Shown here: in pieces, positions 40,212 through 48,980 of the stretch | Layout of the letters: each line of letters starts with the position of its first letter | Numbering within the stretch: the stretch's first letter is position 1 | Assembly: GCA_012034805.1 (NCBI GenBank) | Contig: JAAUOP010000002.1 | Span: forward strand, 8,093 to 72,092 | Direction: 5' to 3' | Length of the DNA stretch: 64,000 nt | Source of the DNA: Synechococcales cyanobacterium CRU_2_2 | GTDB taxonomy: Bacteria > Cyanobacteriota > Cyanobacteriia > PCC-9006 > JAAUQQ01 | Notes under the pieces: generated by a model | What the model saw: the letters and a program-made list of their open reading frames with translations, nothing else | Told to the model about the DNA's origin: nothing | Databases searched by the model: none | Translations under genes and position numbers: made by a program

Positions 40212-41926
40212 AATACCTGACAGCTGTTTTCGTCGGCGTTTTCGTCGTCTTCTAGGGCCGCCGCTAGCAGATCTAAATCATCCTCAAGGGAATTGATCGT
40301 GGTGTGCGGCAGCATAAATTGGCGCTCTGGCCGTTGGTCGCCCTCAGGTTCGCCATAGTAGGGTCGCAAGACTTTGAGCAAAGCCGCTACGGTTTTGAGC
40401 GCGTTTTCCTTGAGTTCGATCGACTCGGCGGTCAGACAGAGCTTGGTTTCAACATCGGTAAAGTTGGGATAGTTGTTGCGCAGCGTGGCCACGAGCCCCA
40501 GAAGCGTGTGATGTCGCAGCTCAGTCCAGTCCTGCTCAGAGAAGCGAAATAGGCGATGGATGGCTGAGAAGAGCACAATCTTGACCATCAGCGGGTTGGC
40601 ATAGCGCAGGAGTTCGAGGCGTAGGCCAAAGTCATCTTGGGTGTCGAGAGGTGCAAGGGCGATGGCTGAGCCTAGGGCTGTTTCCGCAGGATGACCCAGG
40701 GCTGGGACGAGTTGGGGCGATCGCCCGCCCAATTCCCCAAAGTCCGGCGCTCCACCTTTGTCAACCTCCTCATCTCCGAACTCCTCAACCCCAAATTTTG
40801 CAGTTGTCCGCTCAGATTCTCCCGCCCGGCCTTCCACCAAGCTCGGAGGAAAGCGCTCGGGGCTGTTGAACTGTTGGGGTATTGTGTGTTGGGGTGTTGC
40901 GTATTGGGGTGTTGCGTATTGAGGTGTTGCGGTAAGTAGCCCCGTTGGTATGTCCTCAGGGGTGAGAGATGGGCTAGGAGTCCGTCCGTTCAATCCATGC
41001 AGTGGACCTGTTGCGGGAGCCGGAGTTTCATCGGTCGGAGATCCATGGGCCGGAGCTTTATAGGCCGGAGTTTCATAGGCCGGAGTTTCATAGGCCGGAG
41101 ATTGGTGGGCCGGAGATTGGTGGGCTGGAGATTCACCGGCTGGGGACTCGTAAACTGGAGACCCATAAAACTGAGTTGATTCCGGTTGTTGCCGAGAAGG
41201 ACTGTTGTCAATGCCGTAGAACAGCGTATCCGTCGGCTTGGGGCGATTTTCATAGAGGGGCCGGATCGACTGGATTAAAGTGCTGGCGATCGGCAAATAG
41301 TCCAGGGGCTTGCTGAGGGATTTGACGATCGCCTGCAGCACGTAATCTAAATTCTCTAGTGTGGGGATTAAATCCTGGGTTTCCCGCAGGAGATCGGCCC
41401 AGTTCTGAGCCATCAGCCGAGCCGGATCGTTTTCCCAAATGTTTTTGCAGACGCACAACAGCAGCTTTTTGAGGCGAATCTGCTCGGGATGGGCCAAGAG
41501 TGCTTGCACCACATGAACCTCCAACTCTGCCGGAGATAACATTGGGGGCTTGGCTGGCTCTGCCCCAAGCCATTGGGTCGCCGGGGGGGGTGAGGCTGCG
41601 GGCCGACCCAGAGGCCGAGTAATGTCATAGGTATCTCGATAGAGCTGGGTCATGACTCGCAGGATCGAATTGGCCACGTGGGCGTATTCTACGGGCTTGT
41701 TCAGAGTTTTGACGATGCGGTTGAGCTGGAACTGCAGGGCATCGAGGGTGGGCGATCGCTCCCAAACCCCCCGTGCAATTTCCCGCAGGGTAACCCGCTC
41801 GAGTCGGGTGACGTCGTCTTCCCATACCCCGTAGCAGGAGCAGTAGAGTAGTTTTTTAATCCGGGGTAGATTTTGGTCTCGTTCGAGGTCGCTGACGACT
41901 CGATCGAGGCGATCCAGATGGGTCAT
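40208..41926 (-). CDS. Hypothetical protein with repeated ~77-aa helical domains and Tyr/Pro-rich low-complexity repeats
   Basis: 572 aa. Two clearly related segments share KKLLxCxCxxxWExDxxRL...PTLxxL...IVKxLxKPxxY...LY, and there is a weaker third copy near the C-terminus. Its stop overlaps the ATG of the pentapeptide gene (ATGA at 40208-40211). Confidence 0.6.
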   Translation of the reverse strand: MTHLDRLDRVVSDLERDQNLPRIKKLLYCSCYGVWEDDVTRLERVTLREIARGVWERSPTLDALQFQLNRIVKTLNKPVEYAHVANSILRVMTQLYRDTYDITRPLGRPAASPPPATQWLGAEPAKPPMLSPAELEVHVVQALLAHPEQIRLKKLLLCVCKNIWENDPARLMAQNWADLLRETQDLIPTLENLDYVLQAIVKSLSKPLDYLPIASTLIQSIRPLYENRPKPTDTLFYGIDNSPSRQQPESTQFYGSPVYESPAGESPAHQSPAHQSPAYETPAYETPAYKAPAHGSPTDETPAPATGPLHGLNGRTPSPSLTPEDIPTGLLTATPQYATPQYATPQHTIPQQFNSPERFPPSLVEGRAGESERTTAKFGVEEFGDEEVDKGGAPDFGELGGRSPQLVPALGHPAETALGSAIALAPLDTQDDFGLRLELLRYANPLMVKIVLFSAIHRLFRFSEQDWTELRHHTLLGLVATLRNNYPNFTDVETKLCLTAESIELKENALKTVAALLKVLRPYYGEPEGDQRPERQFMLPHTTINSLEDDLDLLAAALEDDENADENSCQVF

Positions 41927-42083
41927 TGGGGCCTCCAGCGACCTGAGTGGGAATGGGGGACTAGGAATGGGTAGATGCCAAAAACGGCGCGAATCCGGCC
42001 AGCCAAAAATGAGCTAGACCTAAGATTCCCAGGGGCAATAGGTCGCGGTACAGTTTGGCCAGATAAACTTGTGGGGGTGAATT

Positions 42084-43351
42084 TTGGGCGAACAAGGTTT
42101 GGAGCAGCATCTGGATCAATATCTGAATCACCATGTGAATCCGCGCCCACGAGTGGGTGTGATTGGTGGCGGGCAGTTGGCCTGGATGATGGCAGCAGCG
42201 GTGCAAAAATTGGGCCTAGAGCTGCGGGTGCAGACGCCGAGTCTGGCGGATCCGGCGGTGGCGATCGCCCACCAAGTCTGTCTTGGCCCGATTCAAGACC
42301 TGGCCACGACGCGGGCATTGACGGCTCACAGCGACGTGATCACCTTTGAAAATGAATTTGTCAATTTGGCGGATCTGGCTCAGCTAGAGGCGGAGGGCGT
42401 GGTGTTTGCGCCGTCGTTGCGATCGCTCGCGCCCCTGCTCGACAAAGCTCACCAGCGGACCTATCTTCGGCAGCTGGGCTTGCCGACGCCGGACTTTTTG
42501 ACCCTAGCCGATATTCCCGCCGCTGATCGCCGCACCTGGAAAACCCCCTGGGGTTTCCGGTGGTGCTCAAGGCGCGACGGCTGGGCTATGACGGCCAAGG
42601 AACCTCGGTGATTCAGACGGCGGCGGAACTGAGGGCTGTGTTGGATACCGAAGGCTTTGAGCCGTTTTTGTTAGAAAAATTTGTCCCGTTCGATCGCGAA
42701 CTCGCGGTCATGGCCGCCCGAAATTCCGCCGGAGAAATTGCGGTCTATCCCGTTGTGGAAACCCAGCAGGAACGCCAAATTTGTCGTTGGGTTTTGGCTC
42801 CTGCTGAGCTCTCTACCGAGCTCCAGCAAGGGGTTGCAACCATTGCCACGCGGCTGCTCGAAGCTCTGGAATGGATCGGAATCTTCGGTCTTGAGCTCTT
42901 TGAATCAGGCGGGGAAATTTTGATCAATGAAATTGCACCCCGCACCCACAATTCGGGCCACTATACGCTAGATGCCTGCGAGACCTCCCAGTTTGAGCAA
43001 CAGCTGCGGGCGGTGACTGGGCGATCGCTCGGCAATCCCCAGCTCAAGGTGCCCGGAGCGGTGATGGTGAATCTACTCGGGTTTGAATCTGCTGATTTAG
43101 CTGATTTAGAAGACGAAAAGGGCCAATCCTCACCCAGGTCTATGACAGGATTCAATTATGTAGAAACGCAAAAGAAACTGGCTCAAATTCCCCAGGCCCA
43201 TCTGTATTGGTACGGGAAAAAGGTCTCCCGTCCGGGGCGAAAATTAGGTCACGTTACGGTGACTTTACGGTCAGAGGATAGCCAGGAACGGCGGCAGGAG
43301 GCGATGGCGGCGATCGCCGCCATCGATGCTATCTGGCCACCCCTTGCCTAA
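42084..43351 (+). pseudogene. purK: N5-carboxyaminoimidazole ribonucleotide synthase PurK, interrupted as assembled by a 1-nt frameshift at a C5 run (42545-42549)
   Basis: VGVIGGGQLAWMMA is in the first ORF and GFPVVLKARRLGYDGQG is in the second. Adding one C gives ...WKTPLGFPVVLK. Confidence 0.88.
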
Positions 43352-43479
43352 GCCAAATTTAGACCGAATCCGTATGCGAGCAAAGGCCTAGGTGTTGTCT
43401 AGGAGCCAGTGCGGCTGTGCCAGTTGTCAATGCGGAAAATACCATCTGGCCAGGTCGGCAGAGAGTGGCTAAGATGTAA

Positions 43480-43668
43480 GCAATTCACGGCGATGTTGGT
43501 GACTGCCAACAATGTTTTTTGATCTATGCCTTGATTTAAATGGGAGCTAATGCTGTCGGTGGCAGTATACCGGGCTTGTACTCGGAAACTTTAAGCCGGC
43601 TTGACCTGTTCCCTCCTGGAGTTTCCAGGTCACAAACTGAGGTAAGACGGCATTGCGGTGAAGGATTT
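43480..43668 (+). ncRNA. Candidate 6S RNA (ssrS/ssaA)
   Basis: The position immediately 3' of purK matches my recollection of cyanobacterial 6S genes. A -10-like TAAGAT lies at 43470-43475. A closing stem pairs 43484-43495 (TTCACGGCGATG) with 43651-43662 (CATTGCGGTGAA), enclosing about 180 nt. A strong terminator follows directly. Confidence 0.4.
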
Positions 43669-43670
43669 TT

Positions 43671-43708
43671 AAAAGGCCCAGTTTCTTAGGAGACTGGGCT
43701 TTTTATTG
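43671..43708 (+). terminator. Rho-independent terminator (A-tract, GCCCAGT/ACTGGGC stem, T-tract)
   Basis: aaaaGGCCCAGTttcttaggagACTGGGCtttttatt. Confidence 0.8.
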
Positions 43709-44320
43709 TTGATTGTTGGGTTGATTACTGGGCTGATTACCGGGCTGATTATTTGTTGGTTTTTGGAGTGTTGGGTATGGAACTGTTGGGGCTTGTTGCT
43801 GGGTGTTGATAGGCGTGTTGATGGGGCGATCGCCCTCTGGGCCATTTTTAAGGCCCGGTTGCAGACCATCCGAGAACAAACCAAAGCCGAAGTCAGGGCC
43901 GAACGTGCCGCCATGCTAGAACGCCTCAGCCAGCGAGAACAGCAAATTGACGAGTTGCGGTGGGCATTGGAACCGGTGCAGCGATCGCACACCCAAACCC
44001 AAGCGGAAAACACCCAGCTCCAAACCCAGCTTGCCACCGCCGAAACCCGCCTGAGCGCAGCCAGCAAAGTCGCCCAAGAAAAACTGGCCCTGCCCGACGA
44101 TGCCCACGCCCGTCTAGCCGACACCTTCAAAGCCCTGTCCGCAGATGCGCTCCATAGCAATAATCAATCCTTTCTGAGCTTTGCCTAGGCGGCCCTGGAG
44201 CAATTTCAGCTGCGATCGCAAACAGATCTGACCATCGCCAGCAGTCCATCGATCAGCTGGTTCAGCCCCTGGCAAACTCGCTGGAAAAGTTCAACAAAGC
44301 CGTCGGTTCACTGGAGTCGC
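43706..44320 (+). pseudogene. rmuC: 5' fragment of DNA recombination protein RmuC (in-frame TAG, frameshift, C-terminal nuclease domain missing)
   Basis: LADTFKALSADALHSNNQSFLSFA, then TAG at 44186-44188, then AALEQFQ. After a 1-nt shift it reads RQQSIDQLVQPLANSLEKFNKAVGSLESR, and similarity ends there. I found no RGxWGE or other RmuC C-terminal motif in any plus frame downstream. Confidence 0.7.
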
Positions 44321-44928
44321 GGGTATTGGTGATGGTGACGGCGGTGGAACTGCAGTCGGAACTCATTGAAGAGGGAGGGGCGATCGCGCCAGATTGGGCA
44401 TCGACCACTCCCATGCCCCCAACCGACTCCAAGCATCCACCGCTAGAGCTGCTGCGATCGCTAAAGCTTGTTTGCCCATTTCCCACAGGCTGCGGGAAAG
44501 GCTGCGGAGCATATTTTTTTGTATTAACCCACTCGACGAAGGCTGGGTCTTGATCGAGACACCAAACTTTTACACCTTGACGACGTGTTTCAGCGATCGC
44601 CTCCGCTGCAGACTGCTGTGCTTTAACGCCCAATCCGTAGTGTGCTGCGCTGACTCCGGCGATCACGGTTTCAGCCCCCAGAAAGTTTGCCTCATAATCG
44701 CGTACTTGGCGGCGAGCACTGCTCACTTTTGAAGATGTCAAAACACCCTTGCATTTAATTAAACGTGTTTTCTGAGGCAAGTCACCCGAGCAGGCCTGCG
44801 CAAGAATGTTTAAACGGCGACCACCAGGTAATGATTCTTCCTCACGGACTAACCATCCCTGGTTTTGAGCCAGAGAGAGAGGTGATTTGGAGCGATCGCT
44901 CGTTGAGGAATTTGAATTTTAGCGTCAT
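44262..44928 (-). CDS. Hypothetical protein (unknown family, possibly GNAT-like), with the frame broken at an (AG)5 run
   Basis: The ATG at 44928 opens MTLKFKFLNERSLQITSLS. The long ORF (44262-44780 in the track) continues in the +1 frame. Its last ~20 codons are antisense to the rmuC fragment, so the 3' end is probably not native. Confidence 0.35.
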
Positions 44929-44940
44929 AGTTCCGCTTAT

Positions 44941-45539
44941 TTATAACTGAAACGGTAGCAGCAAAATTCCTAGAATTTGATCAACCTCATTGATAAAATA
45001 CTCCCGGTCGTCCACCCATGCCCGAGTCTCCACCAACTTCAGAAATCTCCAGTTCGTCCCACTCGTCACCGCCCCATAAATTGTCTCGCGGACAATCCCC
45101 GATCGCTGATTGAAAATCTGTGCCGCCACCATTGAGGCAATACATTGCCCCAACCCGCCAATCACACTTTCATTTTTAGCCTCAACGATCGTCACCACTG
45201 GAGCCGTGACATCGATTTGTTCCCCAGACTGACTCAAAATGAAATCACAAAACCCGATCAATCCTCTCTCCGCATCGACATTAAAACTACTTCCCGAAAA
45301 CAAACTCACCGGATGTTTCGACTGTTGCCTAACATCCGCTAAAATTGGTGCAATCAAAACTCCGATCGCGCCTTCTCGGTATTAATCAACGTTGCCAATC
45401 CCCCATCACGATCGAGCAATTGCCGCAGCAAATTCGAACTCTTGACGGGTTCCACCGTCGAGAACAAACTCACCCCTTCTACCACCTCAATCCCCAACTC
45501 CTGCTTCACCCGCGCCAACGTAAAATCACTGTAAGCCAT
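44941..45539 (-). pseudogene. PD-(D/E)xK nuclease-fold protein (HsdR-N-like), split as assembled by a 1-nt frameshift at 45356-45359
   Basis: The two abutting ORFs read ...INTEKARSEF* and LIAPILADV.... The core motif is GFCDFIL...VVTIVEAKNE. One extra T in minus sense fuses them. Confidence 0.6.
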
Positions 45540-45594
45540 GATATTTTCCTAGTGCTTCAATGCTCCTCAGCACCCGCTATAACTGCTCTCGCGT

Positions 45595-45756
45595 CTACGC
45601 TACATCCTCTTCTAATCGCCGATAATCCCCCAGCATCTCCCCAACATTTTGATGCGTCATATCCATCGTGTGGGGATTTTTCATATCCAAATTGTAGCTG
45701 TTTGCCTGAATGGCCTCAATCGGCACCCGCCAAGTCCACCACTCACCCCCGCTGGC
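45595..45756 (-). pseudogene. C-terminal remnant of a type I restriction-modification methyltransferase (HsdM)
   Basis: The minus-frame translation WWTWRVPIEAIQANSYNLDMKNPHTMDMTHQNVGEMLGDYRRLEEDVA* matches the conserved HsdM tail (W.v.ieeI.a.nYnLd.kNPh). A stop codon lies just upstream, and no HsdM body follows. Confidence 0.6.
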
Positions 45757-45784
45757 CTAAGGTTGTCGCCCCTGGGCAATCCCA

Positions 45785-46672
45785 GTGACCAATTGCTGTC
45801 GTACCCTCATTCGTTCCTTTCGTGAATACACTTCACTGCTATACTGTACTGACGTACTACTGTCTCATGCCTGCACCCATCTGGAGACATCCTTGAAGAA
45901 GCCCTGTCCTACCTACGCGGCCCCGGTCGATCGCGAAGATCTGCATCAAGGGGTTTTTCTGGTTTCTTTGCGGGGTGCCGCCGACAAAGATAGTGCGCGC
46001 AATCGCCAGCGAGCCTTTGACTACATCATGGAGCGATTTGAAGAAGGCATTGCCCCCTTCGACGGTAACCATTGCTTTGATAATGGTTTGAGCGAAGACG
46101 ATTTGATTTATATCCCCCCCTTTCCCGACCTCACCATGAGCAAGACTAAGTCCGAACGAGCCGAAGACACCGCTGCAAAGGCCGTCTCCAAAACCGCGAT
46201 CGAACCCACTGCCAGTAGTACCCCAGTTAACAGCACCCCAGTCAACAGTGCCCCAGCGGCTGATCCAAAAGAGACCCTTGAGACCGCGCCAGATCCAGAC
46301 GACATCATCCTCGCGGCCAGCGAAATCTTGGAACTCGCCAAACTCAAAGTCTCCCTCACCTACGCCTACCGAGATGCGCGGGAGTACAAAGACCTTGTAT
46401 TCAAAATTGTCGATATCGAGGGTGGCCCCCTCAACGATGCGGAGTGCGAGCTGATTGCTCACAAAAACTTTGCCAAGAGTATCAAAGGACTCGCGGAAGC
46501 CAAGGTTAAAGTCTCCCAGTGGTACGAAAATTCCTCCGCTAACCATGACTTAATCCTCAACGAACTAGCCTTCGTGAACGAAGAAATTGCCAGCATTCTG
46601 GAATCCGCAGACGCCAAGGCTTCCGCCACGAACGGCAAAGCTGCCAATGCGAAGGAGACCCCAGAAGCCTAG
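45785..46672 (+). CDS. Hypothetical acidic protein
   Basis: 295-aa ORF with host-like third-position bias from about 45930 onward. The N-terminal ~45 codons look non-native (Cys-rich), so the real start is unclear (for example Met at MSKTKSER). Confidence 0.4.
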   Translation: MTNCCRTLIRSFREYTSLLYCTDVLLSHACTHLETSLKKPCPTYAAPVDREDLHQGVFLVSLRGAADKDSARNRQRAFDYIMERFEEGIAPFDGNHCFDNGLSEDDLIYIPPFPDLTMSKTKSERAEDTAAKAVSKTAIEPTASSTPVNSTPVNSAPAADPKETLETAPDPDDIILAASEILELAKLKVSLTYAYRDAREYKDLVFKIVDIEGGPLNDAECELIAHKNFAKSIKGLAEAKVKVSQWYENSSANHDLILNELAFVNEEIASILESADAKASATNGKAANAKETPEA

Positions 46673-46750
46673 GCCCAGAAACCCACCCAACAAACAATAT
46701 CCCCCATAGGGACGAACCACCGTTCGTCCTAGCCGCCGCCCTGGCCTACA

Positions 46751-47998
46751 CTAGGGCTTCGGCGTGAGCAAATCCTTCGGCGGCAGTTGGGGCAGCAGCG
46801 AAAACCAGGCCAGGTTTTGCGAATAGTAGGCCGAGTCGCTTTCCCAAAGGCCAGCTTTGTATTGGGGCAGGAGTTTTTGGGTGAAGATTTCGAAGGCGAT
46901 TTGAGTATCGACGTGCTTGAGCGCGGGATAAATCGCAGCGTATTGGGCCGTGGATTCGTACTGGACTTCTGGTGTTCCGGTCAAATCTAGCACTGCCGGA
47001 ATGCGTTTTTCGGTGCGCCAGAGTTCAATGAGATAGGCCATGTTTTGCTTCAGGTAGGCACGGGCGCGGGGTGCGCCAAACCAGGCGGCATCGAGCCCGA
47101 TGCGCCACCAGACTCGGTAAGCATCAAAGCTGTAGACCCTGCGCAAATTGGCCCGTTGCTTGGGGATGGCTCCGTAGCGTCCGGTGGTGGTGTCGAGCAA
47201 GATCCAGTCGGCGGGGAGGCGTTTTTCTGAGACGGCAGCGATTTGGTCGAGGGCGTTGTAGCTGTCGGTGACGAGGGCAGACCAGTTGTGCTGGGGATCA
47301 ACCTGGGCAAAGAGCCGGTAGGCGTAGGGGGAAAAGTAGGAGGGGTTGAGAATCAGCTCCTCGGGCTTTTGCCAAAAGGCTTCGGCGGGGCCGGGGAGGA
47401 GGTAATGGCTGTTGTTGGCTTTGACAATGGCGACTCGCCACAGGTCATCGATTTTTTGTTGGGCGAGTTTGAGGTAGACGGGGCAGTGCCATCGCCGAGC
47501 GGCAAAAATGAGTGCCGTGGCTGCGTCAATATCGGCATCGGTGGCGAAGTTAATGTCTTGAATGCTGCCTTGCCAGTTCCAGGCCCAGAGGGTGTCTGTG
47601 GGGCGATCGAGGTTTTTCTCGGCCCAGTTGAGCGTGCGATCGAAGGTGGCGCGGTCGTTAATCAGCACGGCCCGCAGCATGGCGTAGGCTTGGCCTTCGG
47701 AGGTGGTGCGTTTGTCTTCGGCAAAATAATCTACGACATAGCCTTCGGGCTTGATGAAGCGATCGCGGTAGGCCACCCAACTGCGGCGCAGCAGCGGCAA
47801 ATAGGGCGAAGACTGGGTCAGCTCGAGGGGGGGAGCATCCGCCGCCACGGGGGCTGGGCAAGCGATGCTTGGAGCGACATCTCGGGCGACATCTCGGGCG
47901 ACATCTGCGGCTTTGACCGGTGCGAACCATCCGAGCCACAGGCTGATAATCGGCAGGCTCAGGAGCGGAAGGAGGCGAAGGGGTCGCATAGGTGCCAT
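46751..47998 (-). CDS. Glycoside hydrolase family 8 (endoglucanase, BcsZ-like), secreted
   Basis: Signal peptide, TTSEGQAYAMLRAV (catalytic Glu context) and the GH8 signature ATDADIDAATALIFAARRW. Confidence 0.85.
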   Translation of the reverse strand: MAPMRPLRLLPLLSLPIISLWLGWFAPVKAADVARDVARDVAPSIACPAPVAADAPPLELTQSSPYLPLLRRSWVAYRDRFIKPEGYVVDYFAEDKRTTSEGQAYAMLRAVLINDRATFDRTLNWAEKNLDRPTDTLWAWNWQGSIQDINFATDADIDAATALIFAARRWHCPVYLKLAQQKIDDLWRVAIVKANNSHYLLPGPAEAFWQKPEELILNPSYFSPYAYRLFAQVDPQHNWSALVTDSYNALDQIAAVSEKRLPADWILLDTTTGRYGAIPKQRANLRRVYSFDAYRVWWRIGLDAAWFGAPRARAYLKQNMAYLIELWRTEKRIPAVLDLTGTPEVQYESTAQYAAIYPALKHVDTQIAFEIFTQKLLPQYKAGLWESDSAYYSQNLAWFSLLPQLPPKDLLTPKP

Positions 47999-48194
47999 AG
48001 AAAAGATTGCAGTGAACGAATAGCCGACGGTTATGTACTGTTGAGCAGGTTGAGGGGATTGGCTAAGAATGCTGGAGCGATAGGATTGCTTGGATTGACC
48101 TGGTTTAATTCTAAGCGTTCCCGCTGGGGCTCCGGCTCATCCAAGCTTTAAGCTTGCTGGGCTAGATTATGATGGGAGTCCCCCGTATGGAGTT

Positions 48195-48677
48195 GTGCTC
48201 GTGCCCGAAGATTTTTCGACTCAACCCCTGCGCCCCAGGCCGGTGCAGTCTGAGCGATCGCAATCCAAACCAACTCACGCTTGGCCGATCGAACAGCTCC
48301 CAGGACTCAGTGCCCAGGAGCAGCAGCGGTTGAGTGATTGTGGCATCCACACGACGGCTGATTTGTTGCAGCAGACTCAGGGCAATCGCCCGTTGCAGGC
48401 GTTGGCGATCGCCCTAGGCTGTCCCGCAAAACATCTCAAAAAATGGTCAATTCTTGCGAACTTGGCTCAGGTTCCCAGCGTTGGCTGTACTTACTGCGGT
48501 TTACTGTTGCATGCAGGTATTAGCTCTCCCTGGCAGTTGGCTCAGGCTTCTCCCCATCGCCTGCATCCGCAGATTTTGCGTCTTCATGTGGCCACGCTCC
48601 GCCGTCGAGATCTAACGCCTACGGTAAGCGAAGTGTCTCAGTGGATTGCCCAGGCGAAGTTGCTCGTGAGTGAGTAA
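48195..48677 (+). CDS. DUF4332-like helix-hairpin-helix protein
   Basis: IEQLPGLSAQEQQRLSDCGIHTTADLL and LAQVPSVGCTYCGLLLHAGISSPWQLA, with a GTG start. Confidence 0.65.
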   Translation: MLVPEDFSTQPLRPRPVQSERSQSKPTHAWPIEQLPGLSAQEQQRLSDCGIHTTADLLQQTQGNRPLQALAIALGCPAKHLKKWSILANLAQVPSVGCTYCGLLLHAGISSPWQLAQASPHRLHPQILRLHVATLRRRDLTPTVSEVSQWIAQAKLLVSE

Positions 48678-48741
48678 ATTTACGATGATCTTTCCGTGCT
48701 GTTATTGACTGTGGAGAGCAAGTCCAGATACAACTGTGAAT

Positions 48742-48798
48742 GAGATCGGGATTGAGATCGGGATTGAGATCGGGATTGAGATTAAGACGGGGATTGCA
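48742..48798. repeat. 12-bp tandem repeat (gagatcgggatt), about 4 copies
   Basis: Direct reading. Confidence 0.9.
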
Positions 48799-48980
48799 TT
48801 AGACCTCTTGCATGACAAAAACAGCCCCTCATCCCCAGCTCCTTACTCCCAAATGGGAGAAGGGGAGCCACTTCAAGGCTAATACGTCGGTTTTGGGGTC
48901 AACGCGAGGTCGCGAGGCTGACGTTATCGGATCACGTTTGTTTGAGTTTTTTATTTGAGTCTTTTGACGGGTAGGGTTTT

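Noticed and set aside
43777-43830. Two further G-run frameshifts at the rmuC N-terminus (MELLGLVAG / VLIGVLMG / AIALWAIF)
   Set aside because: This is plausible, but the ORF-track frame is open from 43706 and also encodes a hydrophobic N-terminus. The breaks are not required, so I did not count them among the frameshifts.
44320-44930. Search for the missing RmuC C-terminal nuclease domain on the plus strand
   Set aside because: None of the three plus frames shows RGxWGE or later RmuC motifs. The minus strand carries the better ORF, so the rmuC 3' part is treated as lost rather than merely frameshifted.
45857-46546. 229-aa minus-strand ORF opposite the 45785-46672 ORF
   Set aside because: It has a Gly/Phe/Val-rich, low-complexity, mirror-frame look, and the plus frame has better third-position bias. 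Neither frame has a recognised family, so confidence in this choice is only moderate.
47243-48151. 302-aa plus-strand ORF
   Set aside because: It is fully antisense to the GH8 gene, which carries the family signature. Its Gly/Val-rich composition is typical of mirror frames in GC-rich coding DNA.
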